Assembly (NCBI GenBank): GCA_045648885.1 | Contig: JAZROV010000002.1 | Location: forward strand, 94,628-158,627 | From: Candidatus Enterousia sp. | Lineage (GTDB): Bacteria; Pseudomonadota; Alphaproteobacteria; Rs-D84 | Length of the DNA stretch: 64,000 nucleotides | Direction of reading: 5' to 3' | In this document: positions 59,132-64,000 of the stretch, piece by piece | Layout: the number at the start of each line of letters is the position of its first letter | How positions within the stretch are numbered: position 1 is the first letter of the stretch | Translations under genes and position numbers: made by a program | Notes under the pieces: generated by a model | The model's database searches: none | What the model saw: only the letters and a program-made list of their open reading frames with translations | Told to the model about the DNA's origin: nothing

Positions 59132-60712
59132 ATGAATATGTATCAAAAATTGGAAAATGCAGCAAATCAATGGCCGGAAAATTTATTTCTGGTGCGCGAA
59201 GGTGTAACGTATTCTCAATTTATTCAACAGGTGCGTGCGCGTGCAGCAACTTTGAACGAATTAGGAATTAAACATGGTGATGTGGTTGGTGTTTTATCTC
59301 ATAATTTACCACAATTTCCTTTGACGCTGTTTGCAATTTGGTATTTGGGTGGTGTTGTTTTAATGCTGGATACGAATTTGACGCCTTTTGAATATGATAA
59401 TATGGCGCAAATTGCAAATTGCAAATATGTTTGTGCGGAACCATCGTTTTTCTATAAAACAGATAAATTCAAATTTATAGATATAACACGCAAAGACGGG
59501 GATATAGATTATGATTTGCGTCCATATCCATCTGAATCAACGGATATTGCGACTATGTCTTTCACATCGGGGTCAACCGGCACGCCAAAGGTTGTTCCGT
59601 TAACACATTTTAATTTAACAGAATGTGCAAATTCATTGGAAGATATGTCTGATTATTATCATTCTGGTGAAATAATGTATGGCTTTTTGCCACTTTATCA
59701 TATCTTTGGTTTCGCGGTTTGCATATTGGGGACAATTCAATATGGGGGCGGTCTGGTATTACAGCCGGTTATAAACCCAAAATATATTTTGGACGATTTT
59801 CAAAAATTCAAACCACACGTTATCCCAATCGTGCCACGCGTTTTGGAATTGTTCCGTAATAAAATTATCGATGGAATGAAACAGCAAAAAAAATGGCGCG
59901 TTGCATCGTTCATTTTGAATAACCAAAAAACTTTGAAAGATATGGGGCTAGATTTCGTTGTTCGCAAAGTCCAAGAACCATTGTTGGCTATTTTCGGTGG
60001 ACGTGTAAAATTGCTGATTGCGGGTGGTGCGGCCACAAAACCAGAGGTTGAAAATTTCTATGAATCACTTGGACTGGCGTTTATCCAGGGTTATGGTTTA
60101 ACCGAAACTGTTGGGCCAATTTGTATTTCAAAACCGACAAACAAACGTATGCCATATTCTGTGGGTGCATCTACATCAAACAACGAATGCGAAATTCGTG
60201 ACAAAGATGAAAATGGCGTCGGTGTTTTGTGGGTGCGTGGACACCAGGTGTTTAATGGATACCTGAATAATCCAGAAGTCAATGCGACAGTTTTTGATGA
60301 AAATGGCTTTTTCAATACTGGCGATATGATGTACATGGATAAAAACGGCGAATTGCATTTTGCAGGTCGTAAAAAACAAGTCATCGTTTTGGACAGTGGT
60401 AAAAATGTTTATCCTGATGAACTGGAAGGTTTATTCATGGAAATTCCAGGCGTTAAAAATGTTGCGGTCTTTGAACACAAAGTTGGCGATAAAACCGTTG
60501 CATACGGCGTATTCCAGGTTGATGAAAATATGACGCTGGAAAAATTGTCGGCCGAAGTTGCAAACGCAAACAAAAAGGTTGCATCCTATAAATGGGTGAC
60601 GCATTTTGCGATGACAACGGATGATTTACCAATGACCAGCACGCAAAAGGTTAAACATCATCTGGTGCGACAAAATTTGATTGACGGTAAATATCCAGAC
60701 AGAAAGGAATAA
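59132..60712 (+). CDS. AMP-dependent acyl-CoA synthetase/ligase, paralog 3
   Basis: Same motifs as paralog 1, 526 aa. A terminator lies downstream at 60716-60745. Confidence 0.75.
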   Translation: MNMYQKLENAANQWPENLFLVREGVTYSQFIQQVRARAATLNELGIKHGDVVGVLSHNLPQFPLTLFAIWYLGGVVLMLDTNLTPFEYDNMAQIANCKYVCAEPSFFYKTDKFKFIDITRKDGDIDYDLRPYPSESTDIATMSFTSGSTGTPKVVPLTHFNLTECANSLEDMSDYYHSGEIMYGFLPLYHIFGFAVCILGTIQYGGGLVLQPVINPKYILDDFQKFKPHVIPIVPRVLELFRNKIIDGMKQQKKWRVASFILNNQKTLKDMGLDFVVRKVQEPLLAIFGGRVKLLIAGGAATKPEVENFYESLGLAFIQGYGLTETVGPICISKPTNKRMPYSVGASTSNNECEIRDKDENGVGVLWVRGHQVFNGYLNNPEVNATVFDENGFFNTGDMMYMDKNGELHFAGRKKQVIVLDSGKNVYPDELEGLFMEIPGVKNVAVFEHKVGDKTVAYGVFQVDENMTLEKLSAEVANANKKVASYKWVTHFAMTTDDLPMTSTQKVKHHLVRQNLIDGKYPDRKE

Positions 60713-60715
60713 ATA

Positions 60716-60745
60716 AAAACGGGCAAATCGCCCGTTTTTATTTTC
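60716..60745. terminator. bidirectional rho-independent terminator
   Basis: aacgggcaaatcgcccgtt hairpin with a T-run. Confidence 0.6.
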
Positions 60746-62030
60746 CCAAACATAATCTGGAAAATGTCATATCCGCAATTTCGTTGGTTGTAATTACACC
60801 AAGTATTTTCCCAATCGCATCGGCGGCGTGACGAATGTATTCTGAAAATATATCGTAATTGCCGTTGTATTTATTTACTGCATTGGTCAATTCATTTATT
60901 GCGTCGGTCAATAATTCATATGTGCGTTCATTTATTGCCACACGTGATTCGCTGCCCGACATTAAATTATTCATTTTTTGTTTTATTGTGTTTAAGAGTA
61001 TATCAAAACCTTCATCTTTTTTCACAGACGTATAAATCACGTTTTTATTGTTTTTGTTTTTTATCAAATCAGATTTATTTATAACCGTGATTTCATTCTT
61101 ATTTATGTGTTTTGGAACATCGTTATAAACGTGAATAACCAGGTCTGAATTTTCGATTTCTTGATGGGTTCTTTCGATGCCTATTTTTTCAATAGTGTCC
61201 GTTGATTCGCGGATTCCTGCCGTATCCGACAAATTGACCAGATATCCATCGATGTCCAATTGTGTTGATACTACATCACGCGTAGTGCCCGCGATATCAG
61301 AAACAATTGCACGGTTATACCCAACCAGTTTATTAAATATAGATGATTTGCCAACGTTTGTTTCGCCAATCAAAGTTATATTAAAACCGTTACGCAATGC
61401 GCGATTTGCGCGAAAACCATCAATTGCAGATTTTAATTCATTCAATAAATTTTGTGTTTCAAATAATATCTTTTTATCAATGTCTTTTGGTAAATCGTCA
61501 CTGTCGTAATCAAGAATGGCCGCCCCATACGCGGATATTTCAATCATTTTGTTGCGCCAATCGGCATAGATTCGTGAATCGCCGCCGGTCAACGATTTCA
61601 GCGCGCTTTGTCGTTGTTTGTCGGTTTGTGCGTCCAAAAGTGCGATTAAACCATCTACATCGGTTAAATCCATTTTGTTGTTATAAAATGCGCGTCTTGA
61701 AAATTCACCACGCGTTGCAATTCGTGCGCCATGTGCGCGCAAAAAATTAAAGATTTTATTTATTACTGCGGGTGAACCATGTGAATGAATTTCGATAATG
61801 TCTTCGCCAGTGAAAGAATGGGGCGCAGCAAAAAACACAACAACACATTGGTCAATTAAATCGCCATTATCATCGCGCAGGTTTGTAAAATATGCATGAC
61901 GTGTATCGAATTTGTTTTTGTTTATAATGTGTCCAAAAAGTTCGGATAAATTATTACCGCTGATGCGGATGACTGCGACGCCTGATTTTCCTGGCGCAGA
62001 TGATAATGCAAATATTGTGTCGTTATTCAT
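60738..62030 (-). CDS. mnmE: tRNA modification GTPase MnmE
   Basis: GETNVGKSS G-domain and the C-terminal CLGK tetrapeptide. Confidence 0.85.
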   Translation of the reverse strand: MNNDTIFALSSAPGKSGVAVIRISGNNLSELFGHIINKNKFDTRHAYFTNLRDDNGDLIDQCVVVFFAAPHSFTGEDIIEIHSHGSPAVINKIFNFLRAHGARIATRGEFSRRAFYNNKMDLTDVDGLIALLDAQTDKQRQSALKSLTGGDSRIYADWRNKMIEISAYGAAILDYDSDDLPKDIDKKILFETQNLLNELKSAIDGFRANRALRNGFNITLIGETNVGKSSIFNKLVGYNRAIVSDIAGTTRDVVSTQLDIDGYLVNLSDTAGIRESTDTIEKIGIERTHQEIENSDLVIHVYNDVPKHINKNEITVINKSDLIKNKNNKNVIYTSVKKDEGFDILLNTIKQKMNNLMSGSESRVAINERTYELLTDAINELTNAVNKYNGNYDIFSEYIRHAADAIGKILGVITTNEIADMTFSRLCLGK

Positions 62031-62035
62031 TTTTG

Positions 62036-62608
62036 TTATTTCCCGCTGATTTCTTTCAGTGCCAATGGAACCAATTTTGAAATGTCCAGGTCTGGATTTT
62101 TGGATACCAATTTTTGCGCTATATCAATAATATCCATACGGCGATATCCCAAGCTTTCCAATGCAGCCAACAAATCGGGCAGGGCGCCACCACCATTGTC
62201 ATCCCCAAAATCAAAGGATGCGCCGCCCATTTTGTTTTTTAATTCTACTATGATTTTTTCGGCAACTTTCTTACCGACGCCCGGTGCGGTCGCAATTGTT
62301 TTTGCATCCCCGGTTGCAATTGCGGTCATCAATGTATCGGTTTTTATAGTAGACATGATTGCCAATGCAACACGCGGTCCAACCCCAGATACAGTCGTCA
62401 ATTGGTTGAATAAATTTTGGCCGGCCAATGTCCCAAACCCAAACAGACGTATTGAATCTTCGCGCACAATCGTTTCAATCCAAAGCGCGATATTCGATTT
62501 CAAAGTCAATATTTCCGGTGTATAGACTTTGTATCCAACCCCGCCAGTCATTAAAATCACAAAATCAGGTCCGATATAATCAATTACACCTTGCAATTTT
62601 CCAATCAT
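62036..62608 (-). CDS. ruvA: Holliday junction branch migration protein RuvA
   Basis: MIGKLQGV..., an HhH pair and ~190 aa. Confidence 0.85.
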   Translation of the reverse strand: MIGKLQGVIDYIGPDFVILMTGGVGYKVYTPEILTLKSNIALWIETIVREDSIRLFGFGTLAGQNLFNQLTTVSGVGPRVALAIMSTIKTDTLMTAIATGDAKTIATAPGVGKKVAEKIIVELKNKMGGASFDFGDDNGGGALPDLLAALESLGYRRMDIIDIAQKLVSKNPDLDISKLVPLALKEISGK

Positions 62609-62658
62609 TTGTTATCCTTTTGTTGTAATTTTAATATAATAAAATCAAAAGGTCAAAT

Positions 62659-63375
62659 ATGAGTGGACACAGCAAATGGCACAACATCCAACACAAAAAA
62701 GGATTGGTTGATGCGGCGCGCAGTGGTTTATTTACTAAATTAGCGCGTGAAATAACTATGGCGGCGAAATTGGGTGATAAAAATCCAGATAATAACCCAA
62801 GATTGCGTTTGGCGATTTTACAAGCACGTAAAAATTCTATGCCGAATGATAATATTAAACGTGCAATTGAAAAAGCATCGGGCGCAAATACTGATAATTT
62901 TGTGGCGGTGCGATACGAAGGATATGGCCCGAACGCTGTGCCGGTTATTGTGGAAGCGTTAACCGATAATCCGCGTCGGACGGTGCCTGAAATTCGTAAT
63001 ATCTTTGCCAAAAACGGTGGCAATATGGGCGAAGAAGGTTCGGTCGTGTTTATGTTTTCGCATGTGGGCCAGATTATGTATCCTGCATCAATCGGAAAGA
63101 CCGAAGATGAAATGATGGAATTGGTTATGGAAGTTGACGCCGATAATTTGGAAACATCCGAAGAAGGCTTTATCATCACAACCAAAACCGATAATTTTAT
63201 GAATGTTCAAAAAGCGTTGAGCGATAAATTGGGTGAACCAGAAAATGCAGAAATTACATGGGTTCCAAATATGCCGGTTGATTTAGACGACGAAAATTAT
63301 GCGAAATTAGAAAAATTGGTCGATGCGCTGGATGAAAATGATGATGTGCAGAAAGTATTCACTGCCGCCGCATAA
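62659..63375 (+). CDS. yebC: YebC/PmpR-family transcriptional regulator
   Basis: MSGHSKWHNIQHKK N-terminus. Confidence 0.85.
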   Translation: MSGHSKWHNIQHKKGLVDAARSGLFTKLAREITMAAKLGDKNPDNNPRLRLAILQARKNSMPNDNIKRAIEKASGANTDNFVAVRYEGYGPNAVPVIVEALTDNPRRTVPEIRNIFAKNGGNMGEEGSVVFMFSHVGQIMYPASIGKTEDEMMELVMEVDADNLETSEEGFIITTKTDNFMNVQKALSDKLGEPENAEITWVPNMPVDLDDENYAKLEKLVDALDENDDVQKVFTAAA

Positions 63376-63560
63376 ATTAAATATAATTATTCATCTGCTC
63401 GTTGTCGGCGCGTTTATGTAACGTTTGTACACTGCACTTGCCGATACTTCGCATCTAAACAATTCTATTTAATTTTGATATCGGCGCATCTGCGCCGTTT
63501 TAATTTATTTCAAAAAACCGGCAAATGCCGGTATTTTTTTATTGTAATAATGAAAATCGA

Positions 63561-64000
63561 TTATTGATTTGCAGGTTTTTGTTCTGCTGATTTTGCTGCA
63601 TTCATTCTTTGTTCGTACAGCGCTTCGAAATCAACCATTTGCAAAGTCAATGGTTGGAACCCAGATTCAGATGTTAAACGTGTGACCAATGCACGGACAG
63701 ACGGGAACAAAATTGTTGGAACGTCAATCAATAATGTTCTGCGTTTGGTTTCTTCGTCTTGTTCTTCGTATTGGACCATTCCAGTATATGTCGATTCAAT
63801 CATAAATATAGATTTGTTATCTTTGTCCAATTTAGAATGAACGCGTGTCACCAAATCAACCATGTATAAATTGTTTTCAGAACCTTTGATATTTATATCA
63901 ATGTTGATTTCGATTTTTGCCTGGCCGTTGTCTTGTTTAAAGAATAATTCAGGCACATTTGGGCTTTCAAAAGAGATGTCTTTTAAGAATTGAGAGATAA
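63561..64000 (-). CDS. secB: protein-export chaperone SecB (5' end beyond window)
   Basis: VPTILFPSVRALVTRLTSESGFQPLTLQMVDFEALY matches the SecB core. The ORF runs off the window end. Confidence 0.6.
   Translation of the reverse strand, partial: ISQFLKDISFESPNVPELFFKQDNGQAKIEINIDINIKGSENNLYMVDLVTRVHSKLDKDNKSIFMIESTYTGMVQYEEQDEETKRRTLLIDVPTILFPSVRALVTRLTSESGFQPLTLQMVDFEALYEQRMNAAKSAEQKPANQ

Overview
This is an AT-rich chromosomal window from a Gram-negative bacterium, shown by lpxC, lpxK, lolCDE, an AsmA-family gene and secB. The low GC, three tRNA-linked decayed islets and an ftsA-rpe fusion suggest a host-associated or intracellular lifestyle, but the sequence gives no taxon. The housekeeping backbone includes gyrB, ung, aspS, uvrB, tsaE, ftsQ, lolCDE, nagZ, lpoA-like, rsmI, engB, xth, mnmE, ruvA, yebC and secB, interrupted by accessory regions.

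(1) 41-11903 is a surface-glycopolymer locus. It holds a two-domain GT4 glycosyltransferase, a 1275-aa GT4+GT2+TagF-like polyol-phosphate transferase, an FkbM-type methyltransferase, a conserved ~120-aa C-terminal module present in five copies across four proteins, short basic-hydrophobic 'LFG-LP' peptide repeats, and an orphan phage-tail-fibre-like gene with a putative chaperone. An XRE regulator and tRNA-fMet carrying a 17-bp 3'-end duplication lie at its right edge.

(2) 12869-15460 carries lipid A genes (DUF374 acyltransferase-like, lpxK, lpxC).

(3) 15893-20531 is a partial T2SS/T4P-like module (GspL/PilO-like, PilP-like, GspE-family ATPase, GspF-like platform). A PilP-like paralog (29499-30134) and a secretin-like lipoprotein (40452-41777) lie elsewhere in the window.

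(4) 26366-29424 is a tRNA-Met(CAT)-flanked islet with 84-bp and 19-bp direct repeats, carrying GNAT + APH-family kinase + HNH.

(5) 45841-48226 is a tRNA-Tyr 'graveyard' with at least four att-like copies, two P4-type integrase C-terminal scars, a GNAT gene and an S51 peptidase gene.

(6) 37123-38907 is an in-frame ftsA-like::rpe fusion following ftsQ, with no ftsZ downstream.

(7) 55880-60712 holds three tandem paralogous AMP-dependent acyl-CoA ligases.

No CRISPR array or rRNA was seen.
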